Below, piece by piece: positions 9,507 through 19,258 of a DNA stretch of 64,000 bases. Position 1 is the first letter of the stretch. Every line of letters starts with the position of its first letter. Below the pieces are notes generated by a model. That model was not told the DNA's origin and searched no databases. It was given only the letters and a program-made list of their open reading frames with translations. A program made the position numbers and the translations under genes. This stretch comes from Vampirovibrio chlorellavorus (GTDB lineage: Bacteria; Cyanobacteriota; Vampirovibrionia; Vampirovibrionales; Vampirovibrionaceae), in NCBI GenBank assembly GCA_903866275.1, contig CAIPMU010000003.1:1805-65804 (forward strand). Reading direction: 5' to 3'.

Positions 9507-10577
9507 TTAAACTTCCAGCGCGGTGCTGGTTTCAATTCGTTTCAGTAAATTGTCATCCAGTTTGTCCAGCGAGGCTTGAAGTTCGGTTGGGTTGGTGGTG
9601 GCTGCGCCAAAGCGGGTGACCACGATGCTGGCGGCCAGATTACCCAAAATGGCCGCTTCCAGTAGGGAGGCTCCTGCGGTGAGGGCCAGCGTGAGCGTGC
9701 CTACCACGGTGTCGCCCGCACCGGTGACATCAAAGACCTGACTGCGGTTGAATACGGGAATATGGGTGACCTTGGGGCCAGTGCTATCCGGCTGACGCTC
9801 AAACAGGCTCATACCGGATTCGCCTCGGGTGATGAGCACGCTTTGCCCCTGCGTTTTGTCCAGTAGAATCTGCCCGGCCCGCAGGACGTCTTCCGGGGTG
9901 GTCAGGTCAAAGCCCACGTTGCGCTCGGCTTCCGGCTGGTTGGGCGTTAAAACGGTGGCGCTCTGAAAGGCGCTCAGGTCTTGCTGGCTATCCACGGCGA
10001 CAATCAGTCCATGCTTTTGGGCCAGGGCCTGACAATGGTCAATAATGGCCGGAGACAGAACGCCCAGTCCGTAATCGGACAGCAGCAGGGCGTCAAAGTT
10101 GGGGGCCAGTTGGCTCAGCGTCTCCAGCAGACGGGTTTCAATCTCTGGGGAAATGGGCGCATTGGACTCCCGGTCGATACGCACAATCTGTTGCGTGACT
10201 GAATGGTTGGCAATGCCTGAAATGCGGGTTTTGGTGCTGGTGGGGCGGCTATCATCCTGTACCAGACCACAGGCGTCAATGCCGTCCCGCTGCAAGGCGT
10301 CCATCAGCAGGGAGCAGTAGTAGTCTTTGCCTGCCACGCCAACAACGGCGGTGCGTTGGGCGTTGAGTTTGGAGACGTTATGCGCTGCGTTGCCCGCCGC
10401 ACCCAGAATAATATCGGCCCGCTGGTGCTGCAGAATCAGCACGGGGGCTTCACGGGAGAGGCGGTGCGTGTTGCCGTAGATCATTTCATCAATGACCAGA
10501 TCGCCCACCACAAGCACCCGGCCTTGGCCGAGTCTGGAGATAATCTTGCTCAACGTCTCTTTCATTGCATCCATCAT
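9507..10577 (-). CDS. PfkB-family sugar kinase, D-glycero-beta-D-manno-heptose-7-phosphate kinase-like (RfaE domain I / HldA-type)
   Basis: VLVVGDLVIDEMIYG N-terminus; ribokinase-family anion hole DVTGAGDT; 356 aa, kinase domain only; heptosyltransferase nearby. Confidence 0.7.
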   Translation of the reverse strand: MMDAMKETLSKIISRLGQGRVLVVGDLVIDEMIYGNTHRLSREAPVLILQHQRADIILGAAGNAAHNVSKLNAQRTAVVGVAGKDYYCSLLMDALQRDGIDACGLVQDDSRPTSTKTRISGIANHSVTQQIVRIDRESNAPISPEIETRLLETLSQLAPNFDALLLSDYGLGVLSPAIIDHCQALAQKHGLIVAVDSQQDLSAFQSATVLTPNQPEAERNVGFDLTTPEDVLRAGQILLDKTQGQSVLITRGESGMSLFERQPDSTGPKVTHIPVFNRSQVFDVTGAGDTVVGTLTLALTAGASLLEAAILGNLAASIVVTRFGAATTNPTELQASLDKLDDNLLKRIETSTALEV

Positions 10578-10610
10578 ACCCTCAAGCGGCGCAGGGGTAA
10601 AGCAGGAGGG

Positions 10611-11246
10611 CTAAACGCCCGAGTCCGCTTTTTTTAACTTGCTTTCGATGGACTGAATCTGCGTGCTGATGGCCTGCACGTCTTTGACGCCGGTCAGCGC
10701 CTTCTGGTAGTGCATCAGGGCCTCTTGCAAGGCCACAGTTGAATCATGGTGGAGCTGATGCGCCTTGGCTTTATCCCCTTTGGGGGTGTCTTCCATGCTT
10801 TTAGCACTGGCTTCCAGCTGATCCGCTTCGGCCTCGTAGGTGATGCCCATGGCCTTGTGGATTTGCGGGGCGCTCATGGGGGAATTGTCCGGGCCGGGCT
10901 TTTCGATGAGCTGGTTGAAAATGGCGATGGCTCTGGGGTAATCGCCTTTGACCTGATAGGCCACGGCCAGATTATAGGTGGTGTTGGGCTCAGCGGGATC
11001 CAGATCGTGGGCTGCCTCCAGTCGGGAGACTGCCCCGTCATAGTCCCCGGATTGCATCATGATCTGGGCTTTCTGGTTCAGCTCCGCTACGGAGCGCTGA
11101 TGGACAACATCTGCCTTGCAACCGCTGGTCAGGGTTAAAGTGAGGCTCAACGCCAGTAACGTCATCAGGGTGCTGATTTGATGGTGAACAGTTGCTGGCT
11201 TGTATGTTGGGAAGGTCTTTGGGTGTGTGCTGCTGATTCTGCTCAT
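10611..11246 (-). CDS. TPR-repeat lipoprotein
   Basis: Signal peptide with lipobox LTSGC; TPR repeats (AIAIFNQLIEK...). Confidence 0.7.
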   Translation of the reverse strand: MSRISSTHPKTFPTYKPATVHHQISTLMTLLALSLTLTLTSGCKADVVHQRSVAELNQKAQIMMQSGDYDGAVSRLEAAHDLDPAEPNTTYNLAVAYQVKGDYPRAIAIFNQLIEKPGPDNSPMSAPQIHKAMGITYEAEADQLEASAKSMEDTPKGDKAKAHQLHHDSTVALQEALMHYQKALTGVKDVQAISTQIQSIESKLKKADSGV

Positions 11247-11878
11247 GGGGAAATCGCTGTGGCCTCTTGCTGCGTGAAATGCGTCTGGATGAAAGATTGA
11301 ATGGTGCGGGGGTAAAGCTGGTGCTCCTGCGCTAACACTCTTGCTGCCAGCGCCTCAGGGGTATCATCGGCTAATACGGGAACGCGGCTTTGGCCGAGAA
11401 TCGCGCCGCCATCAACCACTTCCGTCACCAGATGCACGGTGCATCCCGATTCTGCTTCGCCATTGGCCAAGACGGCCTGATGCACCTTGTGTCCCACCAT
11501 ACCCTTGCCCCCGTATGCTGGCAGTAAGCTGGGGTGAATGTTCAGGATGCGTCCGGGATAGGCGGCGAGCAAAGCGTTCCCTAAAATGCGGTCATAGCCA
11601 GCCAGAATAACCAGATCAACCTGATCCGCTTGGAGGGCGGCGGCGATGGCTTCATCAAAGGCCTGCCGGCTCTCGAACTCGGACTTGTCCCAGGCCCGCG
11701 TTTGAAGCCCGTGACTTTGGGCCAGTTTTAGCCCTTCGGCTTCAGGGTGGTTGGAGATCACCACCGCGATCTCGGCGTTCGGTAAATCTCCATCGGAAAT
11801 GGCGCGCTGAATGGCGCCAAAGTTACTCCCTCGCCCGGAGAGCAGGACGCCCAGACGGCACTTGGGGGCTGCGTTCAT
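11243..11878 (-). CDS. purN: Phosphoribosylglycinamide formyltransferase
   Basis: GVLLSGRGSNF and NIHPSLLPAYGG motifs; 4-nt overlap with purM. Confidence 0.9.
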   Translation of the reverse strand: MNAAPKCRLGVLLSGRGSNFGAIQRAISDGDLPNAEIAVVISNHPEAEGLKLAQSHGLQTRAWDKSEFESRQAFDEAIAAALQADQVDLVILAGYDRILGNALLAAYPGRILNIHPSLLPAYGGKGMVGHKVHQAVLANGEAESGCTVHLVTEVVDGGAILGQSRVPVLADDTPEALAARVLAQEHQLYPRTIQSFIQTHFTQQEATAISP

Positions 11879-12957
11879 CGAATAACAACCTCGGATTGAC
11901 CGGGGGTGTGGATGAGTTGCCCAATAATGGTGGCAGTTTCGTCGGTTTCAGTGGCGAAGGTGGCCAGTATGGCATCCGCATGCTCCGGTGCGACGGCTAG
12001 AATATAGCCAATCCCGCAGTTGAACGTGTGCCACATGGCCTCGTTGCTCAGGTTACCCAACTGCTGCAGATACGGGAAGATTGCCGGAGGCTGCCAGCTG
12101 CCCGCTTCAATCTGGGCAGACAGGCCGGGGGTGAGGACTCGGGGAATGTTGTCGTAGAAGCCACCGCCCGTGACATGCACCATCGCATGAACGGCCTCGG
12201 GGTGTTTATTCAGAACGTGTAGGATCGATTTGACATAGATACGGGTCGGCGTGAGCAGCGCATCGGCCAGGGTTTCACCCAGCGCCGGGATGTCTGCACT
12301 CAGGCTTAAATCGTTATCCGTAAATAAAATTTTACGCACCAGGCTGAAGCCGTTGCTGTGCAAGCCGGACGAGGAAAGCCCAATCAGCACATCCCCGGCG
12401 GCAATGTCGCTTTTACGAGGATGCAGTTTGGCCTTTTCGGCCACACCCACGCAGAAGCCGGCCAAGTCGTATTCCTTGGGGGCATAGAAACCAGGCATTT
12501 CGGCGGTTTCACCGCCAATGAGGGCGCAGTCGGATTGGCGGCAACCTTCAGCCACGCCTTTTAAAATCTGTGCCAGCTGTGGGGCCTGAATTTTTTGGGT
12601 GGCGAGGTAGTCCAGAAAGACCAGCGGCTTGCCACCGTTCACCAGAATATCATTCACGCTCATGGCCACCAGATCGATGCCCACGGTGTCGTGGCGATCG
12701 GCTTCAAACGCAAGTTTGAGCTTGGTGCCCACGCCGTCACAGGCGCACAGCATCACGGGTTGGCGGTAACCTTCCGGGATTTCAAACGCGCCGCTGAATC
12801 CGCCAATACCGCCCAGTAACCAGGGTTGAGCCGTTTGTTTAGCTGCATCGCGGGCAATGTCCACAACCGCTTCGGCGCTTTTCAAGTCCACACCGGCCTG
12901 GCGGTAGGCTTCATCGGAAGATATTGTGCTCATGGGAAAAACCTCTTTGGCTAGCAC
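11875..12957 (-). CDS. purM: Phosphoribosylformylglycinamidine cyclo-ligase (AIR synthase)
   Basis: AYRQAGVD...GGIGGFSG...DGVGTK motifs; true start may be the internal ATG at residue 9. Confidence 0.9.
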   Translation of the reverse strand: MLAKEVFPMSTISSDEAYRQAGVDLKSAEAVVDIARDAAKQTAQPWLLGGIGGFSGAFEIPEGYRQPVMLCACDGVGTKLKLAFEADRHDTVGIDLVAMSVNDILVNGGKPLVFLDYLATQKIQAPQLAQILKGVAEGCRQSDCALIGGETAEMPGFYAPKEYDLAGFCVGVAEKAKLHPRKSDIAAGDVLIGLSSSGLHSNGFSLVRKILFTDNDLSLSADIPALGETLADALLTPTRIYVKSILHVLNKHPEAVHAMVHVTGGGFYDNIPRVLTPGLSAQIEAGSWQPPAIFPYLQQLGNLSNEAMWHTFNCGIGYILAVAPEHADAILATFATETDETATIIGQLIHTPGQSEVVIR

Positions 12958-13140
12958 CCTTTGGTTAGTATCCTTGGGCTAGTATCTATGCACCGGCTAG
13001 ATTAGCTCAAAAGCAGCCACCTGTCATTCAATAGCTAGCCTGAATAGCGAACGTCAGCCACTGTTTCATAACCCTTCCCAAGCGTTCAGTTGAAAGTAAA
13101 AACGCGGGGTTACTTAAAGTGCGTGGGTTTTGCTCAACCT

Positions 13141-13404
13141 TTAATAAGGCACATGAATATGCGCGTGCAGAATGTGCTGGCTCTGGAACTGGGCAACAGC
13201 GACTTGTTGGTTTTTGGGTGCTTCAGGGAACGTTAAACGCTCGGCGGCGGGTACTTCGGCCGCATGAGCCGTCAATTCTGCAGGGGGCGTTTGGCCTTGG
13301 TTGCGTCCCAGCCAGCCCGTCATCAGGCAGCATAACAGAAGAACAACCACCAAAGGTAGGGCACTCAGGCCAACCCTCACAACCAATCCTCGTAAAAAGG
13401 GCAT
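13141..13404 (-). CDS. Small hypothetical membrane-anchored protein
   Basis: Hydrophobic N-terminus LSALPLVVVLLLCCLMTGWL; weak SD; sits between purM and tRNA-His. May be spurious. Confidence 0.3.
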   Translation of the reverse strand: MPFLRGLVVRVGLSALPLVVVLLLCCLMTGWLGRNQGQTPPAELTAHAAEVPAAERLTFPEAPKNQQVAVAQFQSQHILHAHIHVPY

Positions 13405-13485
13405 TTCGATTCTTTCTTACATCTAACGGCGGGGATTTTCCACGACCGGTCTGTGTACCACCCGAGTGAAGCTAAAGAGAGAAAA

Positions 13486-13562
13486 TGGGGCGGATGATGG
13501 GAATCGAACCCACGTATACCGGAACCACAATCCGGGGCCTTGACCGCTTGGCGACACCCGCC
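13486..13562 (-). tRNA. tRNA-His (anticodon GTG) with encoded G-1 and CCA
   Basis: Reverse complement GGCGGGTG...CCGGATTGTGGTTCCGG...GTGGGTTCGATTCCCATCATCCGCCCCA. Anticodon loop TTGTGGT; G-1 pairs with C73 as in bacterial tRNA-His; canonical T-loop GGTTCGATTCC. Confidence 0.9.
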
Positions 13563-13854
13563 ATTGAATCTCTGTACATCATCGAGACGTTTTTGATTCG
13601 ATGATGCGGATCATTCTAACTGAGACAGGCTGGATGCTCAAGTGCTTTTTTAAACTGTCACAACGGGTTTTTATCAGCGCAGGTTCCAATGGTATGATCG
13701 CCTTGCGGTTTGAGCGCACCGTGTGAGCTGAACAATCCCGTCGTTCTTTGGATTGCCGGATTGTTGATTCGAGCTTGCGTGAATGCTGAGTGCGTTTTTT
13801 CCGTGCGATTGTTCCTCTTCGAATGACATGCCCGAATGGCATGAAGGATTGCAG

Positions 13855-14469
13855 ATGTCTGATTTGGGAATGCTCGGCGGCTTGGTTGCTGTTTTTGTGA
13901 TTAGTTTTCTGGGTAGTGGGCCGTTTCCATTGCCCCTGACGCCGGTTATGCTTTGGCTGGGACAGTTTCATCAGCCGGTGTGGGTGGTGGGGGCCGCCAC
14001 TTTAGGGACGTTGGCGGGTTGGTTCTGTCTCTCAGGGGTTTTGCGACGCTGGGTTTTTAGTCAGGCTCAGCTCACCCCGCATATTCCGTTGGCGTATCAA
14101 ACATTTTTCATGCGCCGAACCGGGTTTTGGTTGTTTGTATTCAATGCCTTGCCGTTGCCACTGGATTTTATGCGTTTTTTGGCTTTGTTGAACCAGTACA
14201 GCCCCAACCGCCTGCTTGTCATTCTCACCGTATCCCGTCTGGTTCGAAATGCCTTGCTGGTGATGCTTGGTTCGGCTTTGGCGCCGCATCAACCCCTGCT
14301 GTGGGGTGTGATGGTGGTATTTATGGTGCTTCCCTTCCTGGTGGGTAAGTTGATGCAGGGCTTTCGTGCTGGGAAACTTGCTTCCGGAAGCTCCCAAGGC
14401 ATGGCGTCTCGGGTTGCTGCCTGCGCTGATGAGAAGGACGCTGATGCCGTTTCTGTTGAAAGACTTTAA
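13855..14469 (+). CDS. DedA/YqaA-like small membrane protein (putative)
   Basis: ATG at 13855 (MSDLGMLGG); 4-5 TM helices; F/L-rich; about 205 aa. Confidence 0.45.
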   Translation: MSDLGMLGGLVAVFVISFLGSGPFPLPLTPVMLWLGQFHQPVWVVGAATLGTLAGWFCLSGVLRRWVFSQAQLTPHIPLAYQTFFMRRTGFWLFVFNALPLPLDFMRFLALLNQYSPNRLLVILTVSRLVRNALLVMLGSALAPHQPLLWGVMVVFMVLPFLVGKLMQGFRAGKLASGSSQGMASRVAACADEKDADAVSVERL

Positions 14470-14478
14470 TACCATAGC

Positions 14479-14512
14479 AGAAAGCGTTCTGACAGATTTC
14501 AGAACGCTTTCT
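14479..14512. terminator. Perfect 13-bp-stem hairpin between convergent genes
   Basis: agaaagcgttctg / acagattt / cagaacgctttct. Located between the + membrane-protein stop (14469) and the pfkA stop (14545). No strong U-tract. Confidence 0.45.
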
Positions 14513-14544
14513 CAAAGGGTCTTCGATGACTCGAAGGTGCTTGT

Positions 14545-15642
14545 CTAGTCGCCCAGCGAGATGCCCACGCCGCGAGCGGTATGCACCAGAGCGCTATCCA
14601 GCTTGACGTAGTTGTACTCTTCGATGGCTTCGGCAATGGGTACCGAGACGATGTTGGGGTGACGGTAGGCCACCATGTGTCCAAACTTCTTCTCCAGCAC
14701 CAGTTCCACGGATTTCACGCCGAATTGGGTAGCCAGCACCCGATCATAAGCAATGGGTGAGCCGCCGCGTTGCAGGTGACCCAGAATCATGACCCGCGCT
14801 TCGACATCGACCTTGTCCTTGATCTCGTCCAGCAAGCGGTGGCCCACGCCGCCCAGAATCTTATTCTGGTAGCCGGGCTGATCGCTGTCGCGAGAGGTGA
14901 TACCACCACCGACGGGTTTGGCGCCTTCGGCAATGACGACGATGGCAAAACCACGACCGTTTTCCACCTTGTCGTTGATTTCGGCGGCTACTTTGTCAAT
15001 GTCGTAGGGGATTTCCGGGATCAGGGCCACATGGGCGCCACCGGCAATGGCGGCGCTTAAGCAGATCCAACCGGCATCCCGGCCCATGACTTCCAGAATC
15101 ATCAGGCGGTTGTGGCTGGCTGCGGTGGTGATTAGGCGATCGACCGCTTCTGTGGCGATTTGCACAGCGGTTTGGTAACCAAAGGTTAAATCGGTCGAGG
15201 ACAGATCGTTATCGATGGTCTTGGGCACGCCAATGATGGGCACGCCTTTTTCATACAGCTGCTGGGCAATCCCCATGGAGCCTTCGCCACCAATGCTGAC
15301 CACGGCATCAATGCCCAGTTTATCCAGGCGGGCAATCAGGTCATCGCAGCGATCCACATAAGTCCAGCTGCCATCGGCATGTTTAACCGGCCAGTGGAAG
15401 GGGCCGCCCTTGTTGGTGGTTTTCAGGATGGTGCCGCCCCGAATGTGGATGCCGGAAACGGTTTTGCTATCCAGCAAGACTACTTCCATCGGGTCGCGCA
15501 GTATGCCGTTAAAGGCTTCGATACTGCCAATGACCTCCCAGTCGTCCTCACTTTCGGTGCGTCGCACGATTGCCCGTATTACTGCATTCAGGCCAGGGCA
15601 ATCTCCGCCACCGGTCATTACAAGGATTCTTTTCTTCGCCAT
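14545..15642 (-). CDS. pfkA: ATP-dependent 6-phosphofructokinase
   Basis: MAKKRILVMTGGGDCPGLNAVIRA, GGEGS, TIDND and MGR motifs. Confidence 0.9.
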   Translation of the reverse strand: MAKKRILVMTGGGDCPGLNAVIRAIVRRTESEDDWEVIGSIEAFNGILRDPMEVVLLDSKTVSGIHIRGGTILKTTNKGGPFHWPVKHADGSWTYVDRCDDLIARLDKLGIDAVVSIGGEGSMGIAQQLYEKGVPIIGVPKTIDNDLSSTDLTFGYQTAVQIATEAVDRLITTAASHNRLMILEVMGRDAGWICLSAAIAGGAHVALIPEIPYDIDKVAAEINDKVENGRGFAIVVIAEGAKPVGGGITSRDSDQPGYQNKILGGVGHRLLDEIKDKVDVEARVMILGHLQRGGSPIAYDRVLATQFGVKSVELVLEKKFGHMVAYRHPNIVSVPIAEAIEEYNYVKLDSALVHTARGVGISLGD

Positions 15643-16004
15643 TGTTCAGTAATTCTCCTGCCTTTTCAATCTTTAGAATCTACGGCTAGCGCCTATTTGT
15701 CAAACGTCATTTATCGATTTTCGGTTTCCGGGCCACTTGCTCCCCGCTGGGTTGACAAGTTGATGGGCGTAAAACAAAGGCCCTGAAATGCTGGTATTGA
15801 TGGTTTCCTGCCAAACAGTCTAAGGGGGAAGTGTTTTACCGGTCTGGGGAGAGCATCGCCTGCCCACTTCAATCAGTCAGAGGAATGGCTGTTGTGTGGG
15901 TAGTGTTAAGATCATTTTAACCGACCGGGTAAAAACAGTTACACTAAAAACAGCTACAAAGGTTTATAGCGTAAAAAGGGTCAGAGAAAAAGGGTTACAG
16001 ATCG

Positions 16005-16286
16005 ATGCCCCCTGATATACAAGCCTGTGTGCATAAATTTTTGCCCAACAACCCGGCCATCTCCACGGTGGTCATCAAGGTGCTGAAGAATGCCTATCAG
16101 GTGCCCACACTGCCTATGGCACTGGTGAAGCAGGTGGTGGAGCGAGCCCTGGAACAGAGCCGCATGCAGGATATGAAGGTGGAGAGTGTTCAGTACGAAG
16201 AAAAGTTGTTGGGGTACGCCAACCAGTTGAGGGCTCGGTACAAGGCGCAACTCATTGAAATTCGGACGCGCGGTAAAAAGTGGTAG
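16005..16286 (+). CDS. Hypothetical small protein (93 aa)
   Basis: No overlap with other genes; followed by a small hairpin plus T-run at 16297-16320. Confidence 0.45.
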   Translation: MPPDIQACVHKFLPNNPAISTVVIKVLKNAYQVPTLPMALVKQVVERALEQSRMQDMKVESVQYEEKLLGYANQLRARYKAQLIEIRTRGKKW

Positions 16287-16391
16287 CGTAGCCCTTGGTC
16301 TGACTGGGTCAGTATTTTTGTGGGGAAATTTTGGGTTTAGCGCGGGCAGGAGACTTCTCCACTTTGTGCGGGCATTTGTTATGCTAGGGAG

Positions 16392-16796
16392 ATGTTGAAC
16401 AAGATGCTGTTATTACTGCTTGGTGGTGGGCTTGGCACAGTGGGCCGTTTTTATCTGGCGGCCTGGGGGCAGGCCCGCTGGGGGACACACATGCCGTATG
16501 GCACCTTGCTGGTGAATCTGGTGGGATGTTCTATTTTGGGTGTGCTGCTGGCTGTTTTCGAATCCCGTTTTGGCAGCCTGGATGCCGCGCCTTATTCGCT
16601 GCGGGTGTTATTGATCAGTGGTTTTCTGGGTGGGCTGACCACATTTTCTAGTTATGAGCTGGAAACCTTGTTGCTGTTGCGGCATGGGGCGTGGGAGCGA
16701 GCCCTGCTCTATGCGGTGGGCAGTGTGGTGTTGGGACTGTTGTTGATGCTGGGTAGTTTTCGTCTGGGTCGGTTGTTGATGGCTGGTCGATTTTAG
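16392..16796 (+). CDS. crcB: Fluoride ion channel CrcB/Fluc
   Basis: GGGLGTVGRFY...GTLLVNLVG...GFLGGLTTFSS motifs; 4 TM; 134 aa. Confidence 0.85.
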   Translation: MLNKMLLLLLGGGLGTVGRFYLAAWGQARWGTHMPYGTLLVNLVGCSILGVLLAVFESRFGSLDAAPYSLRVLLISGFLGGLTTFSSYELETLLLLRHGAWERALLYAVGSVVLGLLLMLGSFRLGRLLMAGRF

Positions 16797-16979
16797 AGGC
16801 TTGCGGAACTGTTGAACCTGGCCGCTTTTTGGTAGTCTGCAGGAGGAATTCCTGTAAATTCGCTTTATCTTTATAGGCTTTTGGCCTGCTTTGGGTAAAA
16901 TAGCACTTATCTTTTCTAGTATCAGGCGAACCTCACCGCCTGTGCTCTAACCCCAACCATAGGACATTCGCTTTGTATC

Positions 16980-19199
16980 ATGCGTAACTTTCTCGCGTTG
17001 CTCGTGACTGGCATTCTGGCCTTGTGCGGCTATGTTTTTGCGGTCACCCAGGATTTACCTCCGGTGGAAAAGGTGCTCAAGGACGGTGTGAATCCGACCC
17101 AGTGGACACAGGTATTCGCCTCGGATGGCACGCCGATTATGTCCTTTGGGAAATTTCATCACCAAAATGTTCGCCTGAAAGAAGTGTCGCCCTTCTTTAC
17201 TGAGGCGTTGATCGCCACGGAAGATCGCCGCTTTTATCAGCATCATGGGGTGGACCCGGTGGCGGTGTTGCGGGCGATTCTGAGTGACCTGAGCCACAAG
17301 AAAATTCGCGAGGGTGGCAGTACCATTACCCAGCAGCTGGCCCGGAACGTGTTTTTGAATAATGAACGTTCCTTTTCCCGTAAAATCCGCGAAGCGGCTC
17401 TGGCCTGGCAGTTGGAAGACAAGCTGGATAAAAACCAGATTATGGAACTGTATGTGAACAATACCTACTTTGGCGAGGGTGCATACGGGATTAAAGCCGC
17501 CAGTGAAGTTTATTTTGGGAAGCCGCCGGGCCGTTTGACTATACCGGAAGCGGCCATGCTGGCCGGGATGCCTCAGGCACCGTCTGGGTATAGTCCTTTT
17601 CATAATCTGAAAGGGGCGACAGAGCGTCGCAACGAGGTGCTGCAAAATCTGGTGGAAGTCGGCCAGATTACGGAAGAAGAGTGCCATCGTTTTCAGAAAC
17701 AGCCGATTCGCCTTAGCTTGAGCGGGCGCAATATGGCTTCATCCGATAAGGCCCCTTTTTTTAACCGTCAGGTGATGGAAAAGGTCATGCGCGATTTCAG
17801 TCTGGACGAGCAGTCCTTCTGGCAGAGCGGTCTGAAAATTTATACCACCCTCGACCTGAATGCTCAGCGGCTGGCTGAAAACGCTCTGGTGAGCCAATCA
17901 GCAGTGTACGGTCGAACTCGGCTTTCCCAGCAGGCCGCGTTGGTGTCCATAAACCCCAGGACGGGTGCTGTGCTGGCGTATGTGGGTGGGAAGAATTATC
18001 AGCAAAGCCAATATGACCGGGTAAAGGATGCCATTCGGTCTCCCGGTTCACTGTTCAAGATTTTTACATACACCACCGCCATTGATCGTGGCTATGAGCC
18101 CACGCGGGTGTATCTTGATGAACCGGTCAACATTGGCGGCTGGCAGCCTCAGAACTATGACAAGTCTCATCATGGGTACATGACCATTGCCCGTGCCCTG
18201 ATTACCTCCAATAATATTGTGGCGGTGAAGGTCATTAGCGAGATTGGTGCCGATGCGGTGGTGCAGATGGCTCAGCAAATGGGGATTCATACCCCGATGG
18301 AGTCGTATCTGGGCTTAACTTTGGGAGGCTCCGGAGTGCGTTTGCTGGATATTACGTCAGCTTTTGGCGTGCTTGCCAATCAAGGGGTGCGTGTGGAGCC
18401 CTATTCCATTCGCAAGATTGTGGATGACGCCGGACATGAGATTTACCGGGAATTACCGGTGCGGACCAATGTGTTAAACCGCACGACGGTTGATACCATG
18501 GTGAAGATGATGGAGGGCGTCATTGCGCGTGGTACCGGGCGCCCGGCCAGTATTGGCCGCCCGATGGCCGGTAAGACCGGTACCAGCGATGATTATCACG
18601 ATGCCTGGTTTGTCGGGTTTACCCCGGATGTGGTGACGGGCGTTTGGGTGGGTAACGACAATAACACCACCATGCCTAAAATGACCGGAGGCACTCTGCC
18701 TGCAGCCATCTGGCGAAATTATATGGGCCCATACGAGGCCAGTAAGCCGATTCAGGATTTTGATCTGGCTTATAGCAAACCCTTGATTGACGAGGACTTT
18801 GTGAACTTCAATATCAAAAACCTGAGCGACAAGGAAACGGCCAGTGGCGCGCCCGTGGCGCAACAAGATCCCGTTGTAGATCCGCTTCAACCCACCCTGG
18901 ATATGGGGCCGGGTAATGGGAATATGGGTTCCGCTCCGGTTGATGACGCGCAGGCCAATGGCAGCCCGGGCAATACTGACGGCACGGTTTCGCCGGATGC
19001 TGTAGGCCGGCCTTTGGTGACACCGATTCAGATGGACACCCAGGAGTCGGCTCCTGCACCGCAACAGCAGCCCATGCCGGGCTATGGGGTCATTCCCATC
19101 GAGCGGTCCCGTCGTGCTCGTGTGAGTCCGCCCGAAACACAATCACTGGATGCGCCGCCGCTACCCGGTGGTGATTCGACCCGGAGTCGCAGCTACTAA
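16980..19199 (+). CDS. Class A penicillin-binding protein (transglycosylase/transpeptidase, PBP1A family)
   Basis: GT51 motifs EDRRFYQHHGVD and RKIREA; transpeptidase SxxK (SLFK) and KTGT; Pro/Gly-rich disordered C-terminal tail. Confidence 0.9.
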   Translation: MRNFLALLVTGILALCGYVFAVTQDLPPVEKVLKDGVNPTQWTQVFASDGTPIMSFGKFHHQNVRLKEVSPFFTEALIATEDRRFYQHHGVDPVAVLRAILSDLSHKKIREGGSTITQQLARNVFLNNERSFSRKIREAALAWQLEDKLDKNQIMELYVNNTYFGEGAYGIKAASEVYFGKPPGRLTIPEAAMLAGMPQAPSGYSPFHNLKGATERRNEVLQNLVEVGQITEEECHRFQKQPIRLSLSGRNMASSDKAPFFNRQVMEKVMRDFSLDEQSFWQSGLKIYTTLDLNAQRLAENALVSQSAVYGRTRLSQQAALVSINPRTGAVLAYVGGKNYQQSQYDRVKDAIRSPGSLFKIFTYTTAIDRGYEPTRVYLDEPVNIGGWQPQNYDKSHHGYMTIARALITSNNIVAVKVISEIGADAVVQMAQQMGIHTPMESYLGLTLGGSGVRLLDITSAFGVLANQGVRVEPYSIRKIVDDAGHEIYRELPVRTNVLNRTTVDTMVKMMEGVIARGTGRPASIGRPMAGKTGTSDDYHDAWFVGFTPDVVTGVWVGNDNNTTMPKMTGGTLPAAIWRNYMGPYEASKPIQDFDLAYSKPLIDEDFVNFNIKNLSDKETASGAPVAQQDPVVDPLQPTLDMGPGNGNMGSAPVDDAQANGSPGNTDGTVSPDAVGRPLVTPIQMDTQESAPAPQQQPMPGYGVIPIERSRRARVSPPETQSLDAPPLPGGDSTRSRSY

Positions 19200-19258
19200 T
19201 CCAGTGATATGTCGTAATTTACCCTGAAACGCGTCTGGTTGACCCGGGCTTTGTCTCG

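Noticed and set aside
13579-13971. 130-aa minus ORF rich in R/K/S/T overlapping the tRNA-His flank and the + membrane-protein gene
   Set aside because: Composition typical of a spurious frame in GC-rich DNA; overlaps the better-supported + strand gene (13855..14469); no RBS.
16287-16391. Looked for a fluoride (crcB-motif) riboswitch upstream of crcB
   Set aside because: The ~100-nt leader lacks the conserved GGCGATGG...TAATGACTCCT-like pseudoknot elements. Only a small hairpin plus T-run (probable terminator of the upstream 93-aa ORF) is present.
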